From Phoronis australis (lineage: Eukaryota > Animalia > Phoronida), in assembly GCA_002633005.1 (NCBI GenBank), contig NMRA01000055.1, positions 62,001 through 126,000 on the forward strand: a stretch of 64,000 nt of DNA, written 5' to 3'. This document shows positions 1 to 13,898 of the stretch, in pieces. The translations under genes and the position numbers were made by a program. Each line of letters begins with the position of its first letter. Positions within the stretch are counted from its first letter, which is position 1. The notes beneath the pieces are model-generated. The model did no database searches and was not told where the DNA came from. It saw only the letters and a list, made by a program, of their open reading frames with translations.

Positions 1-732
1 CAAACCTGGAGCAAGGCAGAAGTAATTATAAGATCTGGTTACATACAGACAGGCATTTTTTGCGAACCGTTCTCGCATTAGGTGTTCATTGTCACACACA
101 GTGCGACAACTTCTGCCTTACCCTAATTATCGGATACGTGTGTGTGAACGCTTCACTTAAAAGTGAATTAAGTTGCACTAGTGCAAGGTGTTCTAGGGTA
201 GGCTGTGTGTGGACGGGACTTTTGACCAGCCCACTGGGGAGAATGGAATGTGGATAAAACTGGTTAGACTTACCAGGGAACATTGGAGAAATTTAGAAGA
301 TTTCTCCAAATTTATCCTTATCTCCTTTAAAGGGGATGTTTACAGCATGATGAATTTGAAATAGAAATCAGAATCAAGAACAGCTGCAATAAAAAAGAAT
401 TGCCAGGATCACAAAGATGACATGAAATGAAAGAGCAGTTTGCACAAATTGGCTTTACTTATAGTAACTGAAAGTAGAACATGGAACAAATTTATAAAGT
501 TCTCAAATTTTAAGTCATCAAGGAAGCATTTGATATGGTAAGCAACACTGAACTGAAAGTGTAATAATTAATTTTAAAATTTCACCACAAGTGGACAGTG
601 ACATTTTCAAGCTCTTCTCTCGGTCTTATTCCCTATAACATAGTAAAGCAGAGAAGATTTTGAGTTTTACCTCATTTGTCAAGTGAAATTCTATGTAAAT
701 ATTGTTCTAACCACCAGTCCTTGTCTTTTCAG

Positions 733-801
733 TTCTCCATCCTTCCTGACAAGGCGCATCCAATTCTTGGCATTATTGTCACTGCTCTATGTGTTATTAA
801 T
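733..801 (+). CDS. FRRS1: FRRS1-like ferric-chelate reductase, internal exon (upstream exons lie outside the window)
   Basis: tttcag acceptor and gtaagt donor. 69 nt, phase 0/0. Encodes FSILPDKAHPILGIIVTALCVIN, the cytochrome b561 helix with a heme-ligand His. Confidence 0.85.
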
Positions 802-2134
802 GTAAGTATCTCAGGTTGTTATTTAAGCATTTGAATTTATTACTACTTGGCAAAGATGAAATGTCTCCGTGTTGCTTTGCCATCAGGTTTTTCTTGCTTT
901 TATCGCCGAATTATGTGAAATTTACACACAACATGTATCTTCAGTTGCTAAAATCTCGTGGCCTATTTTTTTTGGTCCAAATTAGTCCAAAGGCATCATT
1001 GTGGTGGCCATTTTTTTGAAATTTTGCTTTGTTGTGCTCTAGCTGTGTGGTCTTACGATGGATTCGTCTGTTTCTTAGTATGTCCAGGCTATCTAATGTG
1101 TGTCATCCACTTGTTGCTACTGCCTACTATTTTCTAGTTAACTGAGACTGTTCAGGGACTGCTTATTTATTTACTCCAGTGAGACTTTTCGTGCTGTAGC
1201 TCCATCGTCCTTTGCCTAATCTGTCTGAAGTTGGGTAATATGAATATATCTCTTCAAGAGCTACAAACGGTTACAAAAAGTTTATGACTTTGACATGCTA
1301 TTCTTGAGTAATTCAAGATAAACTAATGACTGTGGTCCCATACGGGTACTTTTCTCAGGCTTCAGTGCAGTCATACATCTCGGGAAGGGGGGGGGGCTCA
1401 AGAGCAACATGGACTCTATGCCCTTCCTGTTATTTGCACAACCAATCGATGTGAAATTTACACACATCTTTCTCGTAAATAACTCAAGGCCAATTGTTTT
1501 TTACTCAAATCAGATGCAAGATGGCGCTATAATCTTATGGTCATTTTTTCAACTTGGCATGTTTTACTTACTGTCATTATTAAATCTATTTGGAAGTTTC
1601 AGTTGGTATAAAATATCTACAAGCCCCTGTAAGCTTTATTCCTTCACTTTTAATTTCTCATAACTTTCCAATGCTCCAAGATGTCCAGAGGCTTTCAATG
1701 CCAGTCTCATTACTCAACAATTTGCTCTTAACTTGAGCAATGATGTCAGAAACATAACATTAAACTAATACCAACACTGTTGTAACTGTCATTCAACCTG
1801 TCACAGTGATACGGTGTTTGCATTGTTTGACTTGCTTCAAGAATAGTTAATATTTTGATAGAAAAGAATTAAAATGATTCAAAATATCTTTCAGTTCTGT
1901 GTCAACTATACCAAAACACCTATGAAATGTAACATCTCCCGTTAATTCTGTCATTTTGAGAGCGATTCAGTTGGCTTTACTGCTACTTTTTATTAAATGC
2001 ACTTGGAACAAAACTAAATCCAGTGTGTGAAAAGTGTGTTTGGCACAAATTTCAGTGTTTCGCGTGATACTGTCACCTAGAAGTAGTTTCTTTGCTGCTT
2101 TGCCAGCTACAGTGCTATGTCCTCTTATTTTTAG

Positions 2135-2234
2135 CCCATATTGGCTCTGTTTCGACCACACCCTGATGCCAAGTACCGTCCTGTGTTCAACTGGGTCCAC
2201 TGGGCTGTTGGAACCTGTGCTCACGTCTTGGCAG
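2135..2234 (+). CDS. FRRS1: FRRS1-like exon
   Basis: ttttag acceptor and gtaagt donor. 100 nt, phase 0/1. Encodes PILALFRPHPDAKYRPVFNWVHWAVGTCAHVLA, matching the FRPxP...RxxFNWxHW b561 signature. Confidence 0.9.
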
Positions 2235-2271
2235 GTAAGTATCCAATTGCACACTACACATACCCAGCCAT

Positions 2272-2272
<1 letters not shown>

Positions 2273-2312
<40 letters not shown>

Positions 2313-2360
2313 CACACACACACTTGCACACGTCACGTACATCCAACACACACGCACACA
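2273..2360. repeat. (CA)n microsatellite in an FRRS1 intron
   Basis: Directly visible; degenerate towards the right. Confidence 0.95.
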
Positions 2361-3757
2361 TTCTCTGAGGCACATCTGTTTGCTTTGCCAAGAATGTTGG
2401 CAGTTTCATAGTTCAATAGGGAAATACAAGTTCAAGCAGTGTAGTGAACGTTAAAGCCCCTTGCAGCCATAATTTGTTCATGTTGAATGCACAGATTGTT
2501 CATAAATGCAGTTGGAGGTGAGGACTCAAGCCATTCAAGTGAACACTGAACATGTCTTTGTCCACAATGTGTTGTGTGTAAAATTAAAGATGAAACTCCT
2601 ATTATAAACTCTGCCCCAAAACACGATCCAAAATGAAGGTTATTACAGTTGGCACTGACTGATTTTAACAGGGTTATGTACGTAAGCTAAGATTGTAAAC
2701 ATGGATGAGTGCCCATCACTGTTGGCTGGATGTAATCGTATGGTGTTTATAATTTCATTTATCCTTTGCTCGATCATCTGATACTCATCCTAATGCCCAT
2801 ACGCAATGTTACTTCATGCCTTAGCATTGTGGTTAGATACAAAAACATTTTTGCACTGTCATGGCTGTATAACTACTAGACATAAAATTGTTGATAACAC
2901 TCCAATTTGCAATTTGTTACATTGAGCATGACACCCACAGATTGAGGATATTGGAGTCGTTGCTTACTGCTAGTGAATTACCTTACAGTGATGAATAGGC
3001 AACTCACAGGGGTTGTGCCATGCGCTGGTCCTGTTTTCCTGTTGCATTATTTGTATTTCAAGGACTGCTATTGGCTCACAGCCATTGGGTCGTGACCTTT
3101 TGTCACCCATTGCTGTAATCCCTCCATCGTTTTGTTTCTGCTTGAAGATGAGTCATGACCTATCTCAAAATACGCCTCTGATTTTGATTGTTTTTGTTGT
3201 TACTTCTCTTAGTGGTCTTCTCCATTGTCCTTCGGATGATCAACTAATAGATGGAGTTCTAGCGAGTATTTGTATGAAAATCATCAACTGAAGAAAGAAA
3301 TTTATTTATTGTTTGTTTTATGAATTCTACAATTTCGTAACTGAGAATAAACCTCATTAAAATTGCATGAATATAAGGCAAGTGCCATAGAGTCATGTAA
3401 TGAAACTGAAGGCCCTTTTGCAAGGGTTTGATTTTTGTGCTGCTCTGAAACTTCTTAAAGGTTTAAAACATGAGTAGAATTTATTTTTGGACCTAATGAG
3501 TTTTAGAGCAGCAATAGGGACTGCAATTATTATAAACACTTGAAAATGTATTTTCACTTGTCAGAAAACTGATATTTCTGAACAATGTAAAAGGCCTTAT
3601 CTCAATGTTTGCCCTTGTTATTCAGAAATAAGCCCAAAAATTAAAAAATTTATGTGACGTCATCCGTGGAAGTCCGGTCAAAACCATTTTGTTGCTCTAC
3701 ACCAGCCATGAGCCGGAGTGATCTTGAAAAGAGTTGGATGTTGCCCGAGACTAGTAT

Positions 3758-3787
3758 TGTGTGTGTGTGTGTGTGTGCGTGTGTGTG
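3758..3787. repeat. (GT)n microsatellite
   Basis: Directly visible. Confidence 0.9.
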
Positions 3788-4950
3788 GGATGCATGCTAT
3801 CTACTTGTACAACTGTGCCTAATACTGAAAAATTGAATGTAAATGCCAGGCAAAGAGTTTGAGGTTACGACTGCAGCTAGCACAGAGGGTGGAGTCGGGC
3901 ACAGGACTGAAATAACTGATGAACAGTACAAAGCTTTCATAATTTTGGAACATACTAGACAGATATAAATTCCAGTTGGCGTTACAATAATTACAATAAT
4001 TAGATATGACCATTCTTGACTAACATGGTCAGCATTCGAAGAAATGAATTTAAGGTGTCCGCTATTTGTGACTGGGTATGCCAGCACTGAAATTTGGCCT
4101 TCCGCAGACGGAATAGGCTCCGACGTACTCGGCTTAATTTGCCGAAGAATGCTGTGCGGGACTCGGTTGAGTTCGTATTGCCTCAAATACAGCGACGTCT
4201 AACTTGCATGTTTTGCCTTTGGCCAGAGTGTCATCTTCACCCCCATCTCCCTACCCGTCTTCATAATACTCGTCAAGTTCTCTCCCTAAGTCTTTGTAAC
4301 TTACAAAATTACTGTCCTACATAAGATTGCATAATTATATGGTGTCAACTGATCAACGACTTCCACTGATGCCATCTCATGACGGGAAACAAAAAAATTA
4401 TTAATTTTCTTTAAAGTTCAAAATTCCTCAACTATGAAGTTCCCAGGAAAGTGTTTCTTTAGTTAGATGTTATGTTATAAAATTATTGAACACCTTCTAA
4501 AACCTCAAAAAATCAAAAATCCATTGTAGGAATGCTCAGATAATGTAGTGCAACATGTCTGCTTATCAGTATGGAGTGAGAAGTCATTCAAAGCCCTCGG
4601 CCAACACAAATTGTGTCGACACAGCTGCTGCTGATGCTTTTTACAATCAAACCCTTAGCCTTCAACTGACCTCATTTTTATTGTGGCGACATTTCCTGAA
4701 GCAGAAAATGCTCATCTTAGTTTTAATACAGACTCAGTGGGTCATGCTATGCTTTGAGGGATTCTGAACTGATATATCAGGTGATTTTGTTTGATCATTG
4801 ACATTTGCGACCAAAGATGTCCTTAAGGTGTATTAGAATGTCATTGTACCATGCTCACATTTAAAGGTTGTGAAGTTCACAGTACTGTTCTAAAAAAACT
4901 GACATCGTTTTGATTGAATGTTGAAGAAACTTCTGAGCTAGAAATCTCTA

Positions 4951-5390
4951 CTGGGGTTTTCCGTAGATAAGCCCACCTGATGAAATGCCCGCCCGTGGGC
5001 GTTTATTCGGAAAATTATGCCAAATACATGCCCACGGGCATTTATTTGGTGTTACAACTTGTGGTGTCAAGTGTCCAGACAGTGAGACATTTATTTGGAA
5101 ATTTTCCTCTTAAAAGCCCACTCAGCGTCAACTTTTTGTCACAAGTTTTGTGGAGCATTGATCACTTTTTATAAATATGAACAAGGCATTGGAGAACTAT
5201 GCATTTATCAACAAAAAATTTTAAAATGCAGTTTTAAGTAAGAGAGTCAAGTCAAGCAATACTGTAGCTTTCCGTTTACACGTCCCCTTTTCCGAATAAA
5301 TGCTCGGGTGTTTATTTGTTGTTGCTAAAATGTTTAAAAATTTTCATTTTCCGAATACAGGCCCATGGGCTTATCTAAGGAAATTCCCGG
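4951..5390. mobile_element. Tc1/mariner-pogo-type MITE
   Basis: TIRs ctggggttttccgtagataagccca / tgggcttatctaaggaaattcccgg, TA on both sides (4949-50, 5391-92), and subterminal ttttccgaata repeats. Confidence 0.75.
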
Positions 5391-6218
5391 TAGTAGTGAT
5401 GGGAATTGACAAACTTTCATAATCAGTGGTCAATCGATCACCAACCAGCCTACAGCAACCAATTCTCAATTTTATCAAAGAATCAGATTTTACGTGACTT
5501 GACAATCAATGAAATCCTGCATTGCATAAACTGAAGATACAGTTATTAGATTGATTGGAATAGATTAGATTAGATGTTCACTGTCAATTTCTCTTGAGCA
5601 ACTACATTTTTTGAGAAACTGAAACTTATATACACTTCTTATTGCCAGTTTTTAATTTGCACAGAAAATGTGCATTGATGGCTTGAGAACTCCAGTTTAG
5701 CTGTTTATTTCTTAAGAATTAAATGAGAGGTGATACAATTACCACCCTCTAACATCGTATGCAGGCAGATTAATAAAAAATATAATAATACTAAATATGA
5801 AGAGGATCATTACTGACCGATATCAAAATTACTAAGGACAATTTCTACCATATAACAATGTCGCAGTAATACATGGGATATTTGCAAATGATCAGACGAA
5901 CAACCTTACATCAACACAAAAACAGTGAGGCTATTTCAATGAGACACTTAAGCTCGAAAACAACACTGGGAAGTCAAAAGTTTCGTTGATGTTGAATTTT
6001 ACCGACATGGGTTAGAGTTATAGAGGAATTTATCATTTCAATTAATTATTACCATAGTTAAACTTCACACTATTTTTTAACTGTTGTCAGTTTTGCAATT
6101 TCTTTTTCACAAAGCAAGTACAATTTCCATGGTGCAAACATGAATGGTACAAAGTTTGCCAACATCCTGACAACTCTAGGTAAACAACATTGTGAACTAA
6201 TAAATAATTCTTGAAAGG

Positions 6219-6374
6219 CAGTGTCAGATTTAGGGGGGGCATGCCCCCCCCAAAAAAAAATTCTCCAGATTCCATTTGGCTGTTCGGGGGTGCGAATTTC
6301 TGATGGGCAAAATCCTGGCTAATGATCTGCCATGACCCCCATTAAATAAACTCAAAATCCTGGATTCTCCCCTG
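6219..6374. mobile_element. Short GC-rich hAT-like MITE
   Basis: CAG...CTG termini, an internal G7/C7 palindrome, and a 5-bp direct repeat aaagg on both flanks. Confidence 0.5.
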
Positions 6375-7217
6375 AAAGGCATCAGTTATGATCACGTTGC
6401 AAATGTCTTCATTGGTTTATTGTAGATGTTTTTCTTAGCAGTTTGTTGAGAAACATATGAACAGTGCTGAAATAATCTCGAGAATTTTTTGGATTTTGGA
6501 TTTAATGAATTATTTCAACAAAATGATAGAAATTAATAGGGCAAAGGAGGAGTTTAAAAGAATCACTCTCACATTAACATGTCGCAGCTCTGCTTCACTT
6601 AACGGTGAGTTTATAGGATCTCAAAAAGGGCTAACACTTACACTTTATTATTTTTCATATCTTAACAACATCACTTACATAAACCTCTTAAGTATAGGGC
6701 TACAAGTATCAACAGAACATTGTACTACAGTTGGCATGTTAATTAATAGAACTACATGTTGATATTCCAAAAACAGGTGATTACAAGTTCATGAGTTCAC
6801 AAAGTGAGCAGTTGTCATTTTGCAATCTTAGGTATGTCTTCCATTTCTTGAAATATCTGTAAGTCAATCAGCTTTGGCTAAATCAATGTGTGCTCTTGAA
6901 TTTTGTCTGCGATTGTTCTTTATTGGAATCGAACAGTGGCCCATCACTCCTTTCTAGATTGAAAAATGAATGCTAACACCGTTTATGTTCTTTCTTTACT
7001 GTCTTTGTCGGATCGTGTCACTCACATTTTCATGACATTCATGCCTTAATTTTGTTTTGAGATTTCACGACTCAGTTATTGATTTATTTTTTACTACTTT
7101 TCCCATGAGGATTTCTTCACAATTTTTATAAACTAGATAACCTCTGTCATCATGTGTACTTAGTTTCTTATAGTGCCACTGACATGCGTTAAATTGACCT
7201 ATTGACTGCTATTTCAG

Positions 7218-7364
7218 TGCCAACCATTTTCATTGGTATGGGCATCACTAAGGTAGGAGTACCCAACTGGCTGACCTGGATCCTCGTTGTTTGGGTCATC
7301 ATCCATGTGGCCATCGAGCTGACCCTTGAGATCCATCAGTGTTGCATGCATAAGAAGAACAAAG
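7218..7364 (+). CDS. FRRS1: FRRS1-like exon
   Basis: tttcag acceptor and gtttgt donor. 147 nt, phase 1/1, in frame with the previous exon. Encodes VPTIFIGMGITKVGVPNWLTWILVVWVIIHVAIELTLEIHQCCMHKKNK (TM segments). Confidence 0.85.
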
Positions 7365-8352
7365 GTTTGTCTCATATGGTGACATGGCTGGCTGTAAAAA
7401 CTGTGTTGCTTAACACTAAAACAGTGTCCTGTGGATGCTGTTAATTCATTGCCCTGTAGTAGCATTTTTGTGTGCGCAGGTAATGTGCCTCAAGCAATTA
7501 CCACAACCTAAGTGCAGTTTAATGTTTAGACCTACTGGGTGACTGGTGTCTTCTAGCATTTGATTTTGTCAAAAATGGCGTACTTGGCTCTGTTTTTTTT
7601 TGAAAATAGATACGATGATGTGTTATTTTTGTGAGTTGTCCATATTTTCATAAAGGAAAAGTCACCTGATGCTAGCTGGAGTGGGTGAGAATTTTTCTTT
7701 CTAATATTTTATTCACAGCATCACCTGATGTCTGCTGACATAGGTTGGGATCTGTTTTGCCCAGTGCCACCTTATTCCAGCTTTGAGGCACATGTTTCAA
7801 AATGAGCCATCATGGTAGACCACAGCCAGTTATGCTATTTTTGGCCTTAAAAATTTGTTGTCTTTTTTTCACTCTAGCCTCGACTCTTGAGTCTTGAACA
7901 TATCCAGGCTTTGTTCAAGAGCTTGAGGTGGTAACTGAGCAGTTTAGAGATAACATAATGTTTCCAGGCAGACACTATGATTAGTGTGTAGGAGATCTTA
8001 GTTTTTGAATTTAATTAAGGATATCAACTGCAGCTTGTGTGTTGGATGATGTAACCTTTGACCCAGATATCACTTGCAATTTGTCTTACTTTTTCACTAA
8101 TAGAGAAAACCATAGATTTTGTAATTTGGTAATTTGAATATTCACGTCTAAGTAACTTATATGAAAAAATATTTTTTATTTTTATTTCATCCGCTGCAAG
8201 TTTGTTTTGATTCTTTGAAAGTAATTATCTTGCCCAGGCTCACAATATTGAACATCTTAATTCATTGACGGTCTTTTAACACTACATAGAGTTAACTCTG
8301 GTGACTTCACTTCGTAACAAACAATATGCATTTTGTTTTTACCTCCCTACAG

Positions 8353-8423
8353 AGAAGCGTGAAGAGTATGAAATGAGAGCAAAGAACGACCCCAGTGTAA
8401 GAGACACCCAACCTCCGTATTCG
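8353..8423 (+). CDS. FRRS1: FRRS1-like exon (hydrophilic loop)
   Basis: Polypyrimidine tract plus tacag acceptor, gtgagc donor. 71 nt, phase 1/0, bridging the flanking exon phases exactly. Encodes EKREEYEMRAKNDPSVRDTQPPYS. Confidence 0.75.
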
Positions 8424-10263
8424 GTGAGCAGTGTTAACTAATCTTTCAAAGCTGACTCTTTACTCTCTTAATTTTTTTTTAATATTTCTTAGTACCATGA
8501 TCCATTTCTAATTTCAATTAAAAACAAGAACATAGAAGCCATCAGCAACTGAAGAAATCGCTTTAGTGTTTATTGGGGTTGGTGTTTTTGTCCACTGCAC
8601 TTAAAACCAAATACAAAATTTGTATAACAATTTATTTTGTGTTTATCTTAAACATCAATATCACTTACATATAACCAGAAATTTTCTCAAATACTCTTGC
8701 TAATGTCACCAATTTATCACTCCTCAATGAGGACAGTGTGGTAAGCAGTACAAGTATCCGGACGATCACCACTTTTTTCTCAAAATTACCTGGGAACTCT
8801 TTTGGAAATACCCATGTATGTTTATTAGTTTCTACCCAGTACAAATTTTTAAAACATAATTGGCTTGGTTGATATATCTCTTATTGGCTGAGATCTACAT
8901 AAATCATGGACTTGCTACTCCTCCTTTGGGAAATTGACCATTTAATGGACTGCTGTGTACTTTAATTTGTGGTTTACAATTTTTTATATTTTTCATTGTC
9001 TTGTTTACCTTACATCGATGGTGTCAACCACTTTTCACATTATATGTAAAATTACCATTTATGGTTTTGTCTCGCTCGCTTGATTGTTATCCATCAAAAT
9101 CTCGAATATGAGGCTCTAAATTCCCTTTTTGTAATTTCAATTTTGATTTTATAAGTTCTAGTGTTATGACTTGTTCAGTGATAAAAGCATGTAATAATGG
9201 CAGAGAAGTCAATTTTTATTTTTCATTTTCTCTGAAAGAGGAGTAGCCCCAAATGAGCTCTACAATACATATAAGTTCTAGGCCCATAGCTGCTATCAGA
9301 CAATATTTTTTAGAAAATTTGGGCAATCACAACTGTGTTGGAAACCTTGAATATAAAGTAATACTGGGCGTTATGTCATTTGTGTTTGCCCAAAGTTTAT
9401 GAAATTTTAACATATAATGTTCATGTGGTACTTTTGTCCTGGCCAAGTTCCATTGGGAGGGCATCACAATTTGAAAGTTCGCAGGTTTGCCACACCCCTG
9501 TTTTTCCAGCATGTTCCCATATTTCAATCATTCGTTCATTTCATTGCTCATCTCATTCATTAACATTCGGAAAATCCTTGAAATTTATCTGAAAGTGATT
9601 TACGAGTTTTTAATACCATTAGGGGTTCTAAAGAGAACACTGCACACTGTGTGAAGATTATTTACTGCTTCGATGGCTGATTTATTGGAGTTTGAAGTTG
9701 GCATGTTCTTACCTTGACCTTACTGTATGCTGTGGGTTATTGGCAACATAGAAGACACTTAGTTTTTTTGTTCATATAACTTGAGATGACTGCCTGTCTC
9801 ATGACATCTCAAAATGGTCAAATATTAACACAGTCATCATGCATTTTTGTTAACAATTGGAACACAGCTTTTGAGCATGTTATGGACATTGTACTTATTG
9901 CACACAAAACAGTGAGCGACAAAATTTTCAATTTTCCTTTGAACATGGACCTTATTGCTACAAATAATCAGTTGTTTCACAAGCTGATTAGTGACAACTG
10001 TGCAGTTTACAAAATTTTCTGTTTAATTTTATAGATAAAATGAGAAAAATCTACTTCAACTCTTCAACTTTATCATTTTTTTGTGAGTTCTTATATAACT
10101 TGAACAGAAAATAAAACACAGGGGGAGGATGTGGGTAAGGATACAGAAAACACTCACAGGCACACGTTCTTCATTCTGAAAAGTTGTAATCATATTATAT
10201 TTTCAGTTTACATCATTCTTGCACCAAACATCATCCAAATTAGTTGCCAATCTGGTGCTAGTA

Positions 10264-10506
10264 CATGCGCGCACCCAGGGGGGGGGGCTTGGGGGGGCTG
10301 GAGTGGACAAAAAGGTCTGCCTCCGAGAAACAAAAACTCTGAGAAAATGAGACAAAAGTCCACTAAACAAGCACAAACGCGCAATTCACAGTGGTACGTG
10401 CCCGTTTTTTTTTAAATTTTTATTCCGCCTGCTTTATTGTTACCAACAAAAGGTCCACAACGTCAGGAATTTGAGCCCCCCATATTGGAGGCTGGGTGCG
10501 CGCATG
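10264..10506 (+). mobile_element. MITE, copy 1 of a family
   Basis: Perfect 15-bp TIR catgcgcgcacccag / ctgggtgcgcgcatg; flanks tagta / taata. A homologous copy lies inverted at 28136-28376. Confidence 0.75.
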
Positions 10507-11171
10507 TAATAAAAACTGTAGTACCTCTAAGCTGTGATTTGTAGAAAAGCTAGGAAAACTTTGACCATTCCAATCATTTGCCTTCCAATGTTCAATCTGA
10601 GGATTATGATACGTCGTGATGAAAAACAATCAATGACTTGTTTATAACTATTCAAAATGAAGACATTGACATTTGACTCTTGAATTCAGGCATTAAAGGG
10701 TCTGGCAATATCTTCTGTTGGGTGTACTGGGGATTTCATACTGCTCTTCATTAATTATAATAATCAGTTGTACCAAGGGAAATTAATTTGATAATAACCA
10801 TGTTGTTTTCATTCACACACGCATACTTACAAATAAACAAGAAGAAAATTGGGATGGGGGAGCATAACAACTAGGAATCATAGTTTGTGACATTCCAAAA
10901 GTTCTCAGTTACTGTAGAAAATTATGGGCGTCTTTTGGTCCTCGTCTCTGAAAAGAGTCCACTTAGGTGATTTATAATTTGCCATTATGGCAAGGGCTCT
11001 TTTGTAGTTCCTCGATGCTGGGCGAACATACCACTTTTCTCAGATGGTCGTGCAGACCTTTTTCCTCGAATTGCTTTAAACTTTGATAAATAACGTAGAA
11101 AATATATCTGAAACTAAATAAGGCGATCCAGATTCGCCCAAGGATACTATTGTTTCATGAAATGAAGAATA

Positions 11172-11779
11172 TAAATCGGTAAATAAAACAACAAGAATGG
11201 ATCAACTGAAATTTGAAATTTTCGGAGGTAACAACTTCCTTTATCAACAAAAACAGAAATAAAGTAAAATCAAACACAAAATGACAATTGACATATAAGA
11301 TATGGTGTAATGAAAATGATACATTTTTGCGTAAAAAANNNNNNNNNNNNNNNNNNNNNNNNNNNNNNNNNNNNNNNNNNNNNNNNNNNNNNNNNNNNNN
11401 NNNNNNNNNNNNNNNNNNNNNNNNNNNNNNNNNNNNNNNNNNNNNNNNNNNNNNNNNNNNNNNNNNNNNNNNNNNNNNNNNNNNNNNNNNNNNNNNNNNN
11501 NNNNNNNNNNNNNNNNNNNNNNNNNNNNNNNNNNNNNNNNNNNNNNNNNNNNNNNNNNNNNNNNNNNNNNNNNNNNNNNNNNNNNNNNNNNNNCTTAAAA
11601 TATGTCATTGAATTTTTTACGCAAAAATGTATCATTTTCATTACACCATATCTTATATGTCAATTGTCATTTTGTGTTTGATTTTACTTTATTTCTGTTT
11701 TTGTTGATAAAGGAAGTTGTTACCTCCGAAAATTTCAAATTTCAGTTGATCCATTCTTGTTGTTTTATTTACCGATTTA
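11172..11779. repeat. Perfect inverted repeat of about 165 bp flanking an assembly gap (foldback/MITE arms)
   Basis: 11172-11338 is the reverse complement of 11613-11779. N-run at 11339-11593. Confidence 0.85.
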
Positions 11780-11870
11780 AACTTTGATAAATGGTCATTG
11801 CAGTGTTATAGATGAAAACATTAAGTGATTAACTGTGACGCTAAGTGACATTATTCTGCTTTTCTTGCAG

Positions 11871-11969
11871 GGACGTGGCTTCAAGTCACTCATGCTTGGT
11901 CTCCATATAACTATCACACTGATTGTGTCCATTGTGCTTGTGGTGGGTATTGCCCTCAGTCCTATGTAA
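11871..11969 (+). CDS. FRRS1: FRRS1-like terminal coding exon
   Basis: ttcttgcag acceptor, phase 0. Encodes GRGFKSLMLGLHITITLIVSIVLVVGIALSPM* (GxxFK plus final TM helix). TAA at 11967-11969. Confidence 0.82.
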   Translation, partial: GRGFKSLMLGLHITITLIVSIVLVVGIALSPM

Positions 11970-13667
11970 CGACTAATCAAGGTGTGGATTAGACACAGAG
12001 CTGAATGGGAGAGGCCGTGTCAACAAAGATATGAAGGCAAAAACTGCTGGCATTTATCATTAGCATACAAGTTTATAGTCATGCTTTGATTTGTAAAAAT
12101 TAGCCGTAGTTTCTAAATATTTGTAAATTTTCAGCTTCTAATGATAAATATTATTTTTTCATATTTATACCAATTTATACCCGTAGGCAAGACTGCGTGA
12201 AGTTAATTGTTAGTTAAGGTTTCATGTTCAGCATGTCATTGTTCGTAATTTTGATGAAAAGTTCGTTTGTTGCGCCATAGCTTTTTATTATTATGGCCAC
12301 ATAATGTGATTTGTCTGATATGCCAAGTGTACTGGCAATAAACTGTACCAGATGAATACTTTCACTACTTTATTCATTCTGGGAATTACTGAACACAAGT
12401 CCATCCATTAGGACTTTGCTTGGAGCAATGATTAAATTTTGTAATGATTTATAGGTCAACTTTCCCGAAATTAATAGAGTGTTGTAAGGGGCAGGACACG
12501 TGATTGGGTCATTATCAGCCTGTGTGTGCTTGAACTTTTTTGCACCGTTTGACCCATACAAACAGCAAAGAATGGTTGTTGTTTTCCATTTAAATGTCTT
12601 GCCTCCTTTTTTTCCAAATTGCTCTCAGGTGTGTTGCGTTTTTGGGTAGTCCTCCTTGAAAGACAAAAAATGGCATTTTGAATACTAGACCTAGGGCTGG
12701 ATTACAGTCTGAGGGTACTGTTTACGTGTGCTTTTCTTTTGTGTTGTGCTGGACCATCCAAGTCAGCCGGAAAACAACCTCTACCTTTAATACTCACATA
12801 CTGCCTGTATCTGTCCCCTTATTCTTGTTTGGTGTCAACAATGGTCAGTCGCATTCTGTATTGGTGTTTTGTTTTTGAATTATGTTAATCTAGAAATTGT
12901 ATGTTGGTTCTATTGTTAATGCGTTTATTTTGAAAAGTATTTTCCTTACAAATCCACTTAAAATGACACAATTAGACGTTAAAGTTGTGTAAAGGAGTTG
13001 TCATAATGAAGCAGCATATGACACTAATTTGACATTTTACACGTGATATTTTTCGTGCACAAACCAGTTCGGGCAATCTCATTTCTTTAGTTAGCTGGAC
13101 ATGGTTTATTTAACTTTGTATGTTTGAACTTCATTGGTATGCATTCAGTTGATGATATTCTCGTGATACTGTCACCACTTTAGCTTATTGTCTGTGATTG
13201 GAAAGTTTCAAAAACCTGATGAGCATTCTAAAATGATCTCCTGGATTGAGTCAAATAGTATCCCAGATTGTACATCCTATTTAGTGCTACTATTTGCAGT
13301 ATGGCATGAAAATCTGATGGTTAGCCAGGGCAGGCGTTGGTTGGCTGTTGTCAGGCCTGAAATAAAGTGAAAATTTTCTCTTCCACAACCAAACTTGTTT
13401 TATGCGGGTGAATTTTACTTTCCCGACATAATGCTAAACATAGTGTTAAAACAATTTTTCTTTGAAGTCCATTGAAAGTATTTGAAATGTTTGCAAAATT
13501 GTAGCCCTTGTTAGTACTCACACCACTTCGCCTGCGCATCAAATAGAATTGGAACATTTTACCTGCCTCTCTAAGGAGTGAAAAGCAAGGTAAGGAGAGA
13601 CAACTTATATTTTAAATAAGGCCTTAATATCAGTGGTGTCAGGAGTAATAGAAATGTTTAATTAAAC

Positions 13668-13673
13668 AATAAA
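13668..13673 (+). terminator. Candidate poly(A) signal of FRRS1 (about 1.7-kb 3' UTR)
   Basis: AATAAA followed by a GT/T-rich tract at about 13698-13725, just before repeat DNA begins. Other AATAAA hexamers occur at 12337 and 13361. Confidence 0.45.
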
Positions 13674-13898
13674 ATATATATTTTGAATTGAGTTACGTTG
13701 TCCTTTGTTTTGTTGTGTTTTTGTAGTACTAGTACACAAGACCTTGTGTTTCTCTGCAGTGTTTTCTGTGGCGCATCTCAATACATCTAGCGCTGCCTTC
13801 AACAGGCCTAAGACAATCGCGAGAAAAGCTGAAATCATCGCTCATAGTGCATGGCAATAACTCCGCGAAACCTTGCGTGATCTTACCTTCCTGCTAGT

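Noticed and set aside
1967-2375. ORFs rich in CV/HT, RE, X or Ile repeats (also 11270-11681, 23586-23789, 28267-28774)
   Set aside because: Translations of microsatellites, low-complexity DNA or N gaps.
13622-13642. Iron-responsive element (CAGTG loop) in the FRRS1 3' UTR
   Set aside because: The flanking bases do not form the 5-bp upper stem with a bulged C.
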